Source: a virus
Lineage: Duplodnaviria; Caudoviricetes
Virus record (IMG/VR): IMGVR_UViG_2791355224_000001
Span: 1-64,000 of that record
Reading direction: 5' to 3' (one strand)
DNA: 64,000 nt
Positions 46,295-55,697 of the stretch are shown in pieces (the first letter of the stretch is position 1; every line of letters starts with the position of its first letter). The position numbers and the translations under genes are program-made. Below the pieces are notes generated by a model. That model saw only the letters and a program-made list of their open reading frames with translations, was not told the DNA's origin and did not search any database.

Positions 46295-47623
46295 ATCGGA
46301 AAAGCATCACGCGCAAGATGGGACGGAAACGTCCGAAGCATGGCGATCATCGCAAAGCCACGCGAACAAATAACGGCGGAGGACCTCGACTTTCTCCGCC
46401 AGAACTACACGTCAACAGGCGGGCTCTTACCGAATGCATACGCAGGCGGTGCCTTTTACACGCCGACACACGTTGCCCGCTTCATTATCGAAGCATTGCG
46501 CGGTCTCTCCGACGGTAAGTTCCCGGTTGGCTCAAGTTTTCTCGAACCGTCGGCAGGCAGCGGCGTATTCATCGAACACCTGCCGGAAGACGCGGAGGTC
46601 ACTGCGCTCGAACTCGATGAGACAAGCGCAAAGGTTACGTCGCTCCTATATCCGAACGCTAACGTAATCCAGGGCGATGCGTTCCGGTTCGACCGTCGTG
46701 ATTACTACGATTACGTAATCGGAAACCCTCCGTACGGCGTTAGTATCGATATCGCGGCCGAAGACGTACCGGACGAGTTCGTGACGTTGACGAAAAAGAA
46801 AGGCGGCCGACTCGGCGGCAAGTCAGAGTGTGCGTTCATCGAACTTGCGATTAAAGCGGTCAAGCCCGGCGGTTATATTGCGTTCGTGCTTCCTCTGGGT
46901 CTGAATTACGCTAATTATGCGGAGAAAGTGCGCCAGCTATTGTACCAAGCGTGTTGGCACGTAGCGACTGTAATGTTGCCGGGCGAGACGTTCGCGCTAA
47001 CTGGTACAACGATTCCAACGCAAATTTTAATCGTGCGGAAAGCGCCGCCAGGAACTCCGCTCATTCCGTCTGCAGAGAAGCGGTGGGGATCGAATTTCCG
47101 CAGTGATTACGGAGATATAGCCGACTTTGGTGCCAAATTTCTAGCGGGGCAACCTCCGGCCTACTTCGCGAAAATAACGGATATCGGCTACGACAAAGAC
47201 GGTAAATCAACCGATAAATGGGGCGACGGACTCACGCAACTGGACGAATTGCTCGAAGACTTTACGGACGATTACCTGGTGCGCTCGAATTTGTATCCGC
47301 ATATTCCGTCGTGGCACAGTCTCAAGGACGTCAGCACGTTCATGTTTTCTCACGGTAACGATACCTGTGACGGGCACCAAATCGCAAGCAAAACATACTC
47401 AGACGGGCCTTACCGTTGGAATGAACTGACACTAGGCGCCGGCAAGGAAATCGAATGGCGCGGTAAAGGCGGAGCTGAGCTGGTTAGTACGTTTGACTTC
47501 GGCTGGCAGGATCGGATTGTAGCGGACTATTACGTAGAACTTGCGCAACAGGGACAAGAGAAACAGGCAATCTCTCGTCCGGCGGAGACAAGCGCGAGTT
47601 CAACCATTAAGGAGGCCGCATAA
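46295..47623 (+). CDS. N6-adenine DNA methyltransferase, DarB-like N-terminus (probable ATC start)
   Basis: AFYTP, motif I LEPSAGSG, motif IV GNPPY, LP.ETF...GT. Confidence 0.85.
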   Translation: MGKASRARWDGNVRSMAIIAKPREQITAEDLDFLRQNYTSTGGLLPNAYAGGAFYTPTHVARFIIEALRGLSDGKFPVGSSFLEPSAGSGVFIEHLPEDAEVTALELDETSAKVTSLLYPNANVIQGDAFRFDRRDYYDYVIGNPPYGVSIDIAAEDVPDEFVTLTKKKGGRLGGKSECAFIELAIKAVKPGGYIAFVLPLGLNYANYAEKVRQLLYQACWHVATVMLPGETFALTGTTIPTQILIVRKAPPGTPLIPSAEKRWGSNFRSDYGDIADFGAKFLAGQPPAYFAKITDIGYDKDGKSTDKWGDGLTQLDELLEDFTDDYLVRSNLYPHIPSWHSLKDVSTFMFSHGNDTCDGHQIASKTYSDGPYRWNELTLGAGKEIEWRGKGGAELVSTFDFGWQDRIVADYYVELAQQGQEKQAISRPAETSASSTIKEAA

Positions 47624-47780
47624 TGCACTACTTTGACCGCTTCCATCCGCTAGGTTCTTCACGATGAGCCGCAATCTATACGCATCTGCACACAGGCTGG
47701 CCGTGAGATCTACATTTGCAAGTCGCCCGCCGAGTTAGAGACCGGATTGGAGGCCTACAGATGGCATCATGAAATACCTG

Positions 47781-48023
47781 TTAACACGGCGGCATATTGA
47801 TTCCGCAGTTAGAGCCCGTAGGGGACCATCCCCCATTACTAATGCAAATATGACATTTGTTATTTATGCATAATTTTGAACCTGGGGAATATTCAGTACC
47901 CGCATATACACAATTTGTAAGTAAAGGTTGGCCTTCGCTTTTCTGTGCTGTAAACGTTGAAATTACTATTACCAGAAGAATAAACAACACAAGTATTACT
48001 CCATTGTTTGTAGAATTACCCAA
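47781..48023 (-). CDS. YjcZ-motif membrane peptide fused to a Cys-rich domain (moron)
   Basis: GVILVLFILLVIV plus CVYAGTEYSPGS..C...C..C; AAAGGAGG RBS on minus strand. Confidence 0.7.
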   Translation of the reverse strand: MGNSTNNGVILVLFILLVIVISTFTAQKSEGQPLLTNCVYAGTEYSPGSKLCINNKCHICISNGGWSPTGSNCGINMPPC

Positions 48024-48329
48024 TCAAATTCCTCCTTTTGTTAAACAACAATTCATCTTATGCCTACGAGATACTTGTGTATGGATGAGTGTCTATGCCC
48101 AAGTTAAAAAATGTGAAGGTTGCTGTGCCCACGCGATGTGCCGCCGTAATCAAAAGCGGGGAACAATCAATGAGGACGGAGACCTCACGAAACTTATTCG
48201 CAAATATCAATCTATGAAAAATTCAGAATAGAAACCGCATCTATATCGACGCTATTACGTGCGGACTTATTCACATAACGTAAAGCGCCCGATATCTGCG
48301 GAACTTACACGAAAAAGGAGCGGATTACT

Positions 48330-48728
48330 ATCGGACACGTCAAGAGGGATATCCACGCATCTGAACGGAGATACACGGTAACATACGCACTTAACGACGT
48401 GGCTGGCGTTAAGAAACTATTACGTGACCGCCACGCAATTTCAGCCGCTAGATTCACGGGCGATACGGCTGCCAGCGATATTCTTATCGATTTGAACAGC
48501 GCAATCAATTCGGCAGGCTTATCCGAGCGTCAAACGGAGGCCGTTGCGTTAGTATCCGGTTTTGACCTTACGCAGAAGGAAGCGGCCGCTGTTATGGGAA
48601 ACTCACGCGAAGCCGTCGCTAAATTGTACGAAGAGGCTGCGGTTAAGATAGCGGAAGTGTACAAGCGGTGGGAGTACGGGGAAGTTACGGCTGAGTACGA
48701 ACTTGAAACGGAAGAGGAGGCGGCCTGA
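48330..48728 (+). CDS. sigma-70 region-4 HTH protein (probable ATC start)
   Basis: LSERQTEAVAL...DLTQKEAAAVMGNSREAV. Confidence 0.75.
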   Translation: MGHVKRDIHASERRYTVTYALNDVAGVKKLLRDRHAISAARFTGDTAASDILIDLNSAINSAGLSERQTEAVALVSGFDLTQKEAAAVMGNSREAVAKLYEEAAVKIAEVYKRWEYGEVTAEYELETEEEAA

Positions 48729-49897
48729 TGAGCGAAATTAACGTTGTATTATGCGGAGACAGCGCCGAGATACTTCGCCAATACCCTGACGCGTTCTTTG
48801 ATAGCGTGGTTTGCGATCCGCCTTACGGACTGTCGAAAGAACCAGACATTATCGAAGTGCTTACGAAATGGCTGGCGGGCGAGTCGTACGATCACGGTCA
48901 TGGCGGATTTATGGGCAAATCGTGGGACTCTTTCGTTCCGCATCCGGACGTCTGGAAAGAGGTTTGCCGCGTATTGAAGCCGGGAGGCCATGCGCTTGTA
49001 TTCGCCGGAACTCGGACACAGGATTTAATGACGATTGCGATGCGGCTCGGCGGATTCGAGATACGCGATGTTATCGAGTGGCTATATTTTAGCGGATTTC
49101 CGAAGAGTATGGACGTGGGGAAGGCGTTTGATAAGCGCGCAGGGGTAATGCGTAAGGTTATCGTAGAGGGTCCGACCGTTAAACGGATGATTCCCGGTGC
49201 AACCCAAGATAAGACCGGCTCGTGGATAAAGGACGATGGTCGTACGTTCACTCAAACTATTACCGCGCCCGCAACCGAACTCGCCAGCAAATGGGACGGA
49301 TGGGGAACCGCGCTCAAGCCCGCACACGAACCGATTATCGTCGCCAGAAAGCCGCTCGCCGGAACCGTAGCAGAAACGGTCGAGAAGTACGGAACGGGCG
49401 CTATTAATATCGACGGCTGCCGAATCAGACGCGCTGCAGGAGACCGTACAGAATACGGCGTCACAGGTGACGAGGGCAGCCCGACAGTCAACGCATATGG
49501 ACAGCGCGAACGTGTCGCATACGTTCCGGATGAGACAGGACGCTTCCCCGCAAACTGCGTCACAATGGACAAGGACGCGTTTTACTCTCCGTACTTCAAC
49601 GTTTCACCGGCCGAACTATCGAAAAAGGCTAATAAGAAAGACCGTAATCTGTGCGCGGATGGGTCGCAAAGCTCCGTTCCGAACACACACCCGACTGTTA
49701 AGCCGACTGAGCTTATGCGCTGGCTTATCCGCTTGGTAACGCCGCCAGGAGGAACAGTTCTCGATCCGTTCGCGGGTTCCGGTACGACTCCCGTAGCTGC
49801 GGCAATGGATGGATTTAATTATGTTGCGATTGACCTCGCGCAAGAACACGTTGATATTATTAACGCACGCCGGACCGGTGCGAAGGAGGCGGCTTAA
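48728..49897 (+). CDS. N4-C/N6-A DNA methyltransferase (beta class)
   Basis: DPPY near N-terminus, HPTVKP, VLDPFAGSGTT near C-terminus. Confidence 0.9.
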   Translation: MSEINVVLCGDSAEILRQYPDAFFDSVVCDPPYGLSKEPDIIEVLTKWLAGESYDHGHGGFMGKSWDSFVPHPDVWKEVCRVLKPGGHALVFAGTRTQDLMTIAMRLGGFEIRDVIEWLYFSGFPKSMDVGKAFDKRAGVMRKVIVEGPTVKRMIPGATQDKTGSWIKDDGRTFTQTITAPATELASKWDGWGTALKPAHEPIIVARKPLAGTVAETVEKYGTGAINIDGCRIRRAAGDRTEYGVTGDEGSPTVNAYGQRERVAYVPDETGRFPANCVTMDKDAFYSPYFNVSPAELSKKANKKDRNLCADGSQSSVPNTHPTVKPTELMRWLIRLVTPPGGTVLDPFAGSGTTPVAAAMDGFNYVAIDLAQEHVDIINARRTGAKEAA

Positions 49898-49898
49898 T

Positions 49899-50585
49899 TT
49901 GACGTATATCGAACGCACAAAAGCCGACATTGAGGCGTTAGAGACTGCGCTAAGAACGCACTTCAAGGCCGCTGAATCACCGCCCATTCCGTTCTCTTAT
50001 AACGGAGTCACTTACGATATTCGCGACCGAGAGACGCGCATGCTCTTAGTGGCCGCGATCCAGGACGCTTATTACCAGGAACACGCCGAGTTTAATCAGC
50101 GGGCTCTCGACGATTGGTACGCGAAGGGCTGTCGCGGTGAGCGGCCGTCGCCGGTATTTCCGGATGCCGCGTTAATGGATCGGCTGACTGACGCGGTTTT
50201 GAACGAGGAGATCACGGACCCGAATCCGCATAAGATCGCACAGACGGAGTACCCGTTTATGTCCGAGCGCCAATTGGACTTGCGACGTGACCGTGAGGCG
50301 TCCGAATGGGCTGCGAAGGCGCACGGCTCTGACGGTAAGGATTACCGGGAACCAACGAAAAGAAAGCGGACGGCTTACGAAAATTACTGCGTGGAGAAGA
50401 ATGCGCAAAGGTCCGCGCAGTATAAGCGGGATACCGCGGCAGGTCCAGTATTGCGAAGGGTAAGCGAGCCGTTTACGCAGTGCATCGGACTCGGGCGCAG
50501 GTGGGCGGAAGATATGGGCGCGATGAACGAGGTAATAGTGGAAAGGGCGGAGGAGACTCCGCTTACTCTTCCGGTTGTAGCGTAA
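49899..50585 (+). CDS. hypothetical phage protein
   Basis: AAGGAGG + TTG; L.RLTD.VL.EE.TD..PHK...EYPF.S.RQ. Confidence 0.7.
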   Translation: MTYIERTKADIEALETALRTHFKAAESPPIPFSYNGVTYDIRDRETRMLLVAAIQDAYYQEHAEFNQRALDDWYAKGCRGERPSPVFPDAALMDRLTDAVLNEEITDPNPHKIAQTEYPFMSERQLDLRRDREASEWAAKAHGSDGKDYREPTKRKRTAYENYCVEKNAQRSAQYKRDTAAGPVLRRVSEPFTQCIGLGRRWAEDMGAMNEVIVERAEETPLTLPVVA

Positions 50586-50696
50586 TTAATTTTTTAAAAT
50601 GATAGTCCATTTACAGTAATATATAGGAAAAATAACCTGTGTCTATAGAACTAATTATGCTATATTAAGAAAAAATATGAATTAAAGGAGATTTTT

Positions 50697-51482
50697 ATGA
50701 AAAAGAAGTTAGCCTTACTTGTATTCTTTCTTTTAGTCTTAGCCTTACCGACCTCTATTGCTTCTGCTTCGACAATCGCAGTAGGTGGTAAAGCCTTCTC
50801 AAGCAGCAATGCTCCAGGGGTAAGTCCCGACTATGCTTTTGATGGTAAGTTTCTCACAAAAGAAGACCCTAATGTTGGGTTTTGGCAATCAGTACCCGGA
50901 GTGCAGACGAACGGGGTTGCTTTCATAGGATATGATTTTGGGAAGGGGAACGAAAAGAGTGTAGAGAGTATAGTTGTTCAACAACATCCGAGAGAAGGAT
51001 TTTCCGTTTCAAGTGTGAAAGTGCAAAACTTGAAGGCTGACGGTACTTGGAATGATGTGGGGACATATGATGTTAAAATGTACGACACAACCACTCTTAA
51101 ACTTCCAACAACTGAGAAGTCGCAGGCTTGGAGATTGCTAGCGAATTCAAACGTTTCTAGAGAGTGGGCGGTTGTTGAAGTAGAACTACAGGGACCAGCC
51201 TCAGTTGATCCACCGACTAATCCAGAGCAACCGCCAGTTTCAGGAGAGCGCGCTCTATTAACAATCACAATGCTCAACGGCATGGAAAAAGAATACGACC
51301 TTTCTGCTCAAGAAGTTTCTGCATTTATTAACTGGTATGATGCGAAAGACGCTGGAAACGGTCCGGCAAAGTATGTATTCAACAAAACGTGGAATAAAGG
51401 TCCGTTCAGTAAGCGGACAGAGTACGTAATCTTCGATAAAATTCTTACGTTTGAGGTTAGTGAATACACGTTAAGTAAATAG
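50697..51482 (+). CDS. secreted discoidin (F5/8 type C)-like protein (moron)
   Basis: signal peptide, PDYAFDG...W, IGYDFG; C-terminal RALLTITM.NG.EKEYDL domain. Confidence 0.75.
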   Translation: MKKKLALLVFFLLVLALPTSIASASTIAVGGKAFSSSNAPGVSPDYAFDGKFLTKEDPNVGFWQSVPGVQTNGVAFIGYDFGKGNEKSVESIVVQQHPREGFSVSSVKVQNLKADGTWNDVGTYDVKMYDTTTLKLPTTEKSQAWRLLANSNVSREWAVVEVELQGPASVDPPTNPEQPPVSGERALLTITMLNGMEKEYDLSAQEVSAFINWYDAKDAGNGPAKYVFNKTWNKGPFSKRTEYVIFDKILTFEVSEYTLSK

Positions 51483-51496
51483 GACAAAAAAAAAAG

Positions 51497-51525
51497 AAAG
51501 AGCCCCTACTAGCGGGCTCTTTTTA
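51497..51525. terminator. bidirectional terminator
   Basis: AAAGAGCCC-CTACTAGC-GGGCTCTTT flanked by A and T runs. Confidence 0.75.
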
Positions 51526-51690
51526 ATTTGCGTCTGTTTTCTCAACGATAAATAACGCTTCAATACTTACGCCGAGTGCCCGTGCGATCGCGAATAAGTG
51601 GGCGGCCTCGTGGCGGCTGTTTTTATCGAAACGGGAGATCGAACCTTGCGGCACACCGGACATTTGCGAAAGCTGTGTTTGAGTGATGTC
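51523..51690 (-). pseudogene. 5'-truncated XRE HTH gene
   Basis: ITQTQLSQMSGVPQGSISRFD...LFAIARALGVSIEALF; first helix and RBS not evident. Confidence 0.55.
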
Positions 51691-51782
51691 GAATATTATA
51701 GTCACGCCGGCCAATGGTTATATGGTAAAATAGAACATACTTTTCCAATTATTCATAATATAAATTAATAGGTGGGAATAAG

Positions 51783-52862
51783 ATGTTCAAATTAAATGCT
51801 GAGCATGGTCGTATGATTGGCAAGGTAAAGAGTAAAGAAAACGTGACTAAATCAGCTTTAACTTCTCTTAGGTTAGCTTTAAAGTCTTATTTTAAGACCT
51901 ACCAGGTTGCGTCACAGAAGGGTATAATTAACGACTTATTAGTGGAAGAAAGCAACCCCTTTTATGATTTTAGTCAAAATAATATTGACTTATTTTGTGA
52001 TAATACAGACTACCAAGAAGTATACCTACAATGTATATTTCATTTTCACCATTTCTTCGAGCTCCTACTAAAAGATGTGTTATCTAGTGTCCACCCTAAG
52101 CTCGCCTACAAAGTAAAACTTGACGGTGATAACTCTGCTTTAATTTTAGAAATTCTTAAGAACAAACAATCTAATGATCTGAGTAATGATAATACCGCAG
52201 AATTTCAGACATCTTTGAACCGAGTAATAAAACTAATGAATATTCAAGACGAAAATATTCCTATCGTATCTAAGGTTATTTGTGACAATAAGCAAACCCT
52301 AGTAGACCTGAATACACTAAGAAATCGAGTTTGGCATAAAGGATTGTATGTTCTTAGACTTAACGAGTTGGATCAATTTATATCTCAAAATATACTGCCT
52401 CTCGTTGTTAATTGCCTACAAGCTACAAACTATAATAATTTGGAAAATTATTGGAAATATAAAAAAGCTCCCTTAGACCCAATAACTGAGATAATTAATT
52501 CGGGACAAGGAGTCGTTGATTATGGACGCATTGCGTTTTATAAGGCGTATGGCCTAGCTTGTTATTCGATGCCTATTTGGAAATCTGATCTTGATGAATT
52601 TGAAAAAAAGGCAGAGGCTATTGTCCGTGCTATTCATGGCATGACTGTTGATTCCTGTTTTGTTTGTGGGAAAAATACTCTCCTTATTAGTACAGAAGCT
52701 GACTATAATTCTGATGAATTTGGGGTTCCAGTAAGTATCTGGGTTAAGTCAACAGCCGCGGAGTGTCTGAATTGCTCACTGAGATTATTTCCTGATATAG
52801 GCGAACCGTGTTCTCACGGTGTTGAATACGAGCAATTGTGGAGATTCGAGGATGTACTTTAA
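51783..52862 (+). CDS. HEPN-like domain plus C-terminal Zn-ribbon protein (candidate defence effector)
   Basis: HFFELLLK...LRNRVWH (R-x4-H), CFVC...CLNC; AT-rich. Confidence 0.6.
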   Translation: MFKLNAEHGRMIGKVKSKENVTKSALTSLRLALKSYFKTYQVASQKGIINDLLVEESNPFYDFSQNNIDLFCDNTDYQEVYLQCIFHFHHFFELLLKDVLSSVHPKLAYKVKLDGDNSALILEILKNKQSNDLSNDNTAEFQTSLNRVIKLMNIQDENIPIVSKVICDNKQTLVDLNTLRNRVWHKGLYVLRLNELDQFISQNILPLVVNCLQATNYNNLENYWKYKKAPLDPITEIINSGQGVVDYGRIAFYKAYGLACYSMPIWKSDLDEFEKKAEAIVRAIHGMTVDSCFVCGKNTLLISTEADYNSDEFGVPVSIWVKSTAAECLNCSLRLFPDIGEPCSHGVEYEQLWRFEDVL

Positions 52863-52928
52863 GATACCCAACACTTACCGCCTCTATCCGTAGTAGCCAC
52901 GCGCTATAATCGTATAGAGGTGTTTTCT

Positions 52929-53792
52929 ATGTTTATATCCCCGATGTTACTCGAAACGGCAGCCGCTCCGTTCTCGGATTCGCGCTATATTTTCGAACCG
53001 AAAATTGACGGCCACCGTTTAATATATTCGCAGGAGAGCGGCGTTGTCCGCCTATACACGCGCCATAATAACGACTGTACCCGGCAGTACCCGGAGATCG
53101 CCAACGCTGTATTCCCGCATGACATCGTTCTCGACGGAGAGATCGCGGTCTATGATCCGCAAACCAGCGTAGTCGACTTTGAGTCCGTGATGTCCCGCTT
53201 TCAGGCGCGTCGGGCCGATAAGATAACGCAGCTCAGCGCCCAGTTACCTGTTACGTTCGTTGTTTTCGACATCCTGCGGTACAAGGGCGAGGACTTGCGC
53301 CAATTACCGCTCATGCAGCGCAAGGAAATACTTGCGGGCTTATCGCTACCGAACGCTCATTTCGGCGTTGTTCCCTACGTGGAGGGAGCCGGAGAAGCGT
53401 TGTTTACGCAGATGCAGGCGCGATCGCTCGAAGGCATGGTCGCTAAGCGTACGGATAGCACGTACGTCAGCCGACGGTCGGCCGCATGGCAGAAGGTGAT
53501 CAACTGGTCTTATGCCGACGTATGGCTGACCGGTTATAAGAAGGCGGAGTTCGGCTGGCTTGCGGCTGTGCAGGCGGATAATAGCGCGAAGATACGTCCG
53601 GCTGGCATTATCGAGCATGGCGCTAGCCCAACGCACAAGAAGGCGTTTTATGGCGTGGTGAAGCCGCTGATTACCGGAGAGGATCGCGAGTTTGTGTACG
53701 TGGAGCCGCGGATAAGAGCACGCGTGAAAATGCGAAATTGGACTCGCGCAGGGATGCTGCGGAGTCCGGTGTTTACGGAGTTTATTGTTTAA
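52929..53792 (+). CDS. ATP-dependent DNA ligase
   Basis: motif I EPKIDG, LDGEI, VFDIL, EGMVAK, W.K. Confidence 0.9.
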   Translation: MFISPMLLETAAAPFSDSRYIFEPKIDGHRLIYSQESGVVRLYTRHNNDCTRQYPEIANAVFPHDIVLDGEIAVYDPQTSVVDFESVMSRFQARRADKITQLSAQLPVTFVVFDILRYKGEDLRQLPLMQRKEILAGLSLPNAHFGVVPYVEGAGEALFTQMQARSLEGMVAKRTDSTYVSRRSAAWQKVINWSYADVWLTGYKKAEFGWLAAVQADNSAKIRPAGIIEHGASPTHKKAFYGVVKPLITGEDREFVYVEPRIRARVKMRNWTRAGMLRSPVFTEFIV

Positions 53793-54564
53793 TGCAACAG
53801 TTACAAAAAGAACGACCAAACTTAGTCAATTCCCAATAAGTTTTCTTCAACGCAACGTCGTGGTTTGGGTTTGTCTCGTGTAAGTCCTCTTGAGCAAATT
53901 TAATGAAGCTGTGATCATATAGACTATCGTATACTGCATCATCGGTAAACGTTACTTTGGTGTCAATATATAACAACCCAAGCCTAATGAGGTTGTCAAT
54001 TGAAGCTCCGTACGCACTGTGGTTACTCTCATTTAGATCCGGGAACGGAAAATAGTTTCTGTAAACTTCCATATATACATCAGAACTCTTGAACAACAGA
54101 ATAGAGCCAGAGCCAACTTTATTTCTATTCTCAAATAAAAAATTAAGAGCCTTTGCGTCCAAAGGAGAAAGTTGTTTTATTATCTCGACAAAGGCTGGAT
54201 GAGCTTGTTCGGCAAGTGACTTTGTCACGGATTTAGCTATCAGTTTTGAGAACATTTTTTTCATTGTGTCACTCTCTACGTAATACTTGGAGGCTTCTAG
54301 AGCGGGGCCGACAATATTCAATTGAGGATCAATTACTTCCGCAGGTGGTATTTTTGAGACTTCCGATAATAAAAGATCCTTATAGCGCTCGATTTCAATT
54401 TGCTTTTTTATTTTAAGTTTTTGTAACGGGGAAAATACTAAATTAAAAATACTGCTTAGCCCTTCTCCAAGCTCTTTAGATGCTGGCTCAAGTGTATTTT
54501 TAGCCAATTGAGTCGCTGTTTCAATAGGCGACTTTGCTATATCTAATAATTTTTCTTCATCCAT
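53782..54564 (-). CDS. DUF4393/Abi-alpha-like protein
   Basis: P.LNIVGPALEAS.Y, HPAFVEIIKQLSP.DA, IDNL.RLGL, LT.FG..F...C. Confidence 0.75.
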   Translation of the reverse strand: MDEEKLLDIAKSPIETATQLAKNTLEPASKELGEGLSSIFNLVFSPLQKLKIKKQIEIERYKDLLLSEVSKIPPAEVIDPQLNIVGPALEASKYYVESDTMKKMFSKLIAKSVTKSLAEQAHPAFVEIIKQLSPLDAKALNFLFENRNKVGSGSILLFKSSDVYMEVYRNYFPFPDLNESNHSAYGASIDNLIRLGLLYIDTKVTFTDDAVYDSLYDHSFIKFAQEDLHETNPNHDVALKKTYWELTKFGRSFCNCCIKQ

Positions 54565-54673
54565 TTATTTTCCTCCTTAGTCTATCGTCACAGCCATAAA
54601 AGTAATCCCCTAATACAAGTTTTAATTCTACGACTACCACTTAATTCCTTCCGGGAAACATAGACCGCAGAAG

Positions 54674-55018
54674 CTACTCGCCAAAGCGGTCTATTTTTGC
54701 GTCCAAAACGTCATCCAGTGCAATCCACGTCAATTCTCCGTTACTCACCAGTTTCACCTCGCGCCGATACGTCAACACCGTCTTAACCACACCAGCCACC
54801 CAGCAATCTTCAATCATGTCGAATAACCGCAACTTCACCGACACCTGCAGCGTTAGTGACCGGCTGATCGCAGCCTCGATCAGCTCGGACTCCTGCAGAA
54901 TTAACTCAGGTTTGGTTCGCCGGGCCTGTGCTAGTTGCAGCCGGATTTCCGCCTCGCGGTGTTCTGGCATGATCATCCATGAATTCAATATACCGTTCCC
55001 TTTGAGTTTATCCTCCAT
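54674..55018 (-). CDS. YolD-like protein
   Basis: KLKGNG...S.MIMPEHRE...KPEL...E...WI..DDV. Confidence 0.78.
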   Translation of the reverse strand: MEDKLKGNGILNSWMIMPEHREAEIRLQLAQARRTKPELILQESELIEAAISRSLTLQVSVKLRLFDMIEDCWVAGVVKTVLTYRREVKLVSNGELTWIALDDVLDAKIDRFGE

Positions 55019-55063
55019 CGTGCTAGTACTCCGTCCAATAATCGGAGCTACTCTGTTGGGAGG

Positions 55064-55309
55064 TCACCGTTGCCTCGACTGTCCCGACAGACTGCGCTCC
55101 CACGCCTCCAAAATAACGATTGTGTCTATCGCTGGCTTATCCGGCCAATATATGTACTCCGCAAGCATCAATTCGTTTAGCGCCGCTTCAATATCCGCAG
55201 GGCTGCGCCCGGTCAGCCGTTCGAGTTCCTTTTCCGTCGGCATCCGGCGTTGCTGCGACATGTAGTTGAAAAGAATCCGTAGTGTTTTACGTCCAAAATC
55301 GGATAACAT
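55064..55309 (-). CDS. small winged-helix protein resembling a LexA DNA-binding domain
   Basis: MLSDFGRKTLRILFNY....RMPTEKELERLTGR; AAAGGAG RBS. Confidence 0.65.
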   Translation of the reverse strand: MLSDFGRKTLRILFNYMSQQRRMPTEKELERLTGRSPADIEAALNELMLAEYIYWPDKPAIDTIVILEAWERSLSGQSRQR

Positions 55310-55331
55310 CGTCACCACTCCTTTGAACGTA

Positions 55332-55353
55332 ATTATACGGGAACATGCGTTCT
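55332..55353 (-). promoter_or_regulatory. SOS box and -10 of the wHTH-yolD operon
   Basis: GAACATGCGTTC at 55341-55352; TATAAT on minus strand at 55332-55337. Confidence 0.75.
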
Positions 55354-55371
55354 GTTTTCAAGCGGAAGTTT

Positions 55372-55566
55372 TTAGCTGGCGTATTTAAACGTACAGACAT
55401 TCCGCATAAAGTACTCGCCGTGGACACGTACGGAAACCTCCGTAATGTCTTCAATTACTCCGCTGCCGACGAGTTCGTCCGCGATAAATATAACGATGGG
55501 CACGCACTCAAGTTGCGCGGTGTAAAAGTGGACATTTGCGGTAAGTTCGTTCATAAAACGGTTCAT
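55372..55566 (-). CDS. hypothetical protein
   Basis: AAAGGA RBS + ATG; MNRFMNELTANVHFYTA. Confidence 0.45.
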   Translation of the reverse strand: MNRFMNELTANVHFYTAQLECVPIVIFIADELVGSGVIEDITEVSVRVHGEYFMRNVCTFKYAS

Positions 55567-55697
55567 TTGCGTTGATCCTTTCGTTTGACTTGCGGATAAC
55601 TTCGACAAATAGTGCCCATTTTCCTGCTAAAAGGAGGAAATAAGACCCAGTTATCGAATTATTAGGTATATATAACTGGAAAATATGGGGGATAAGT

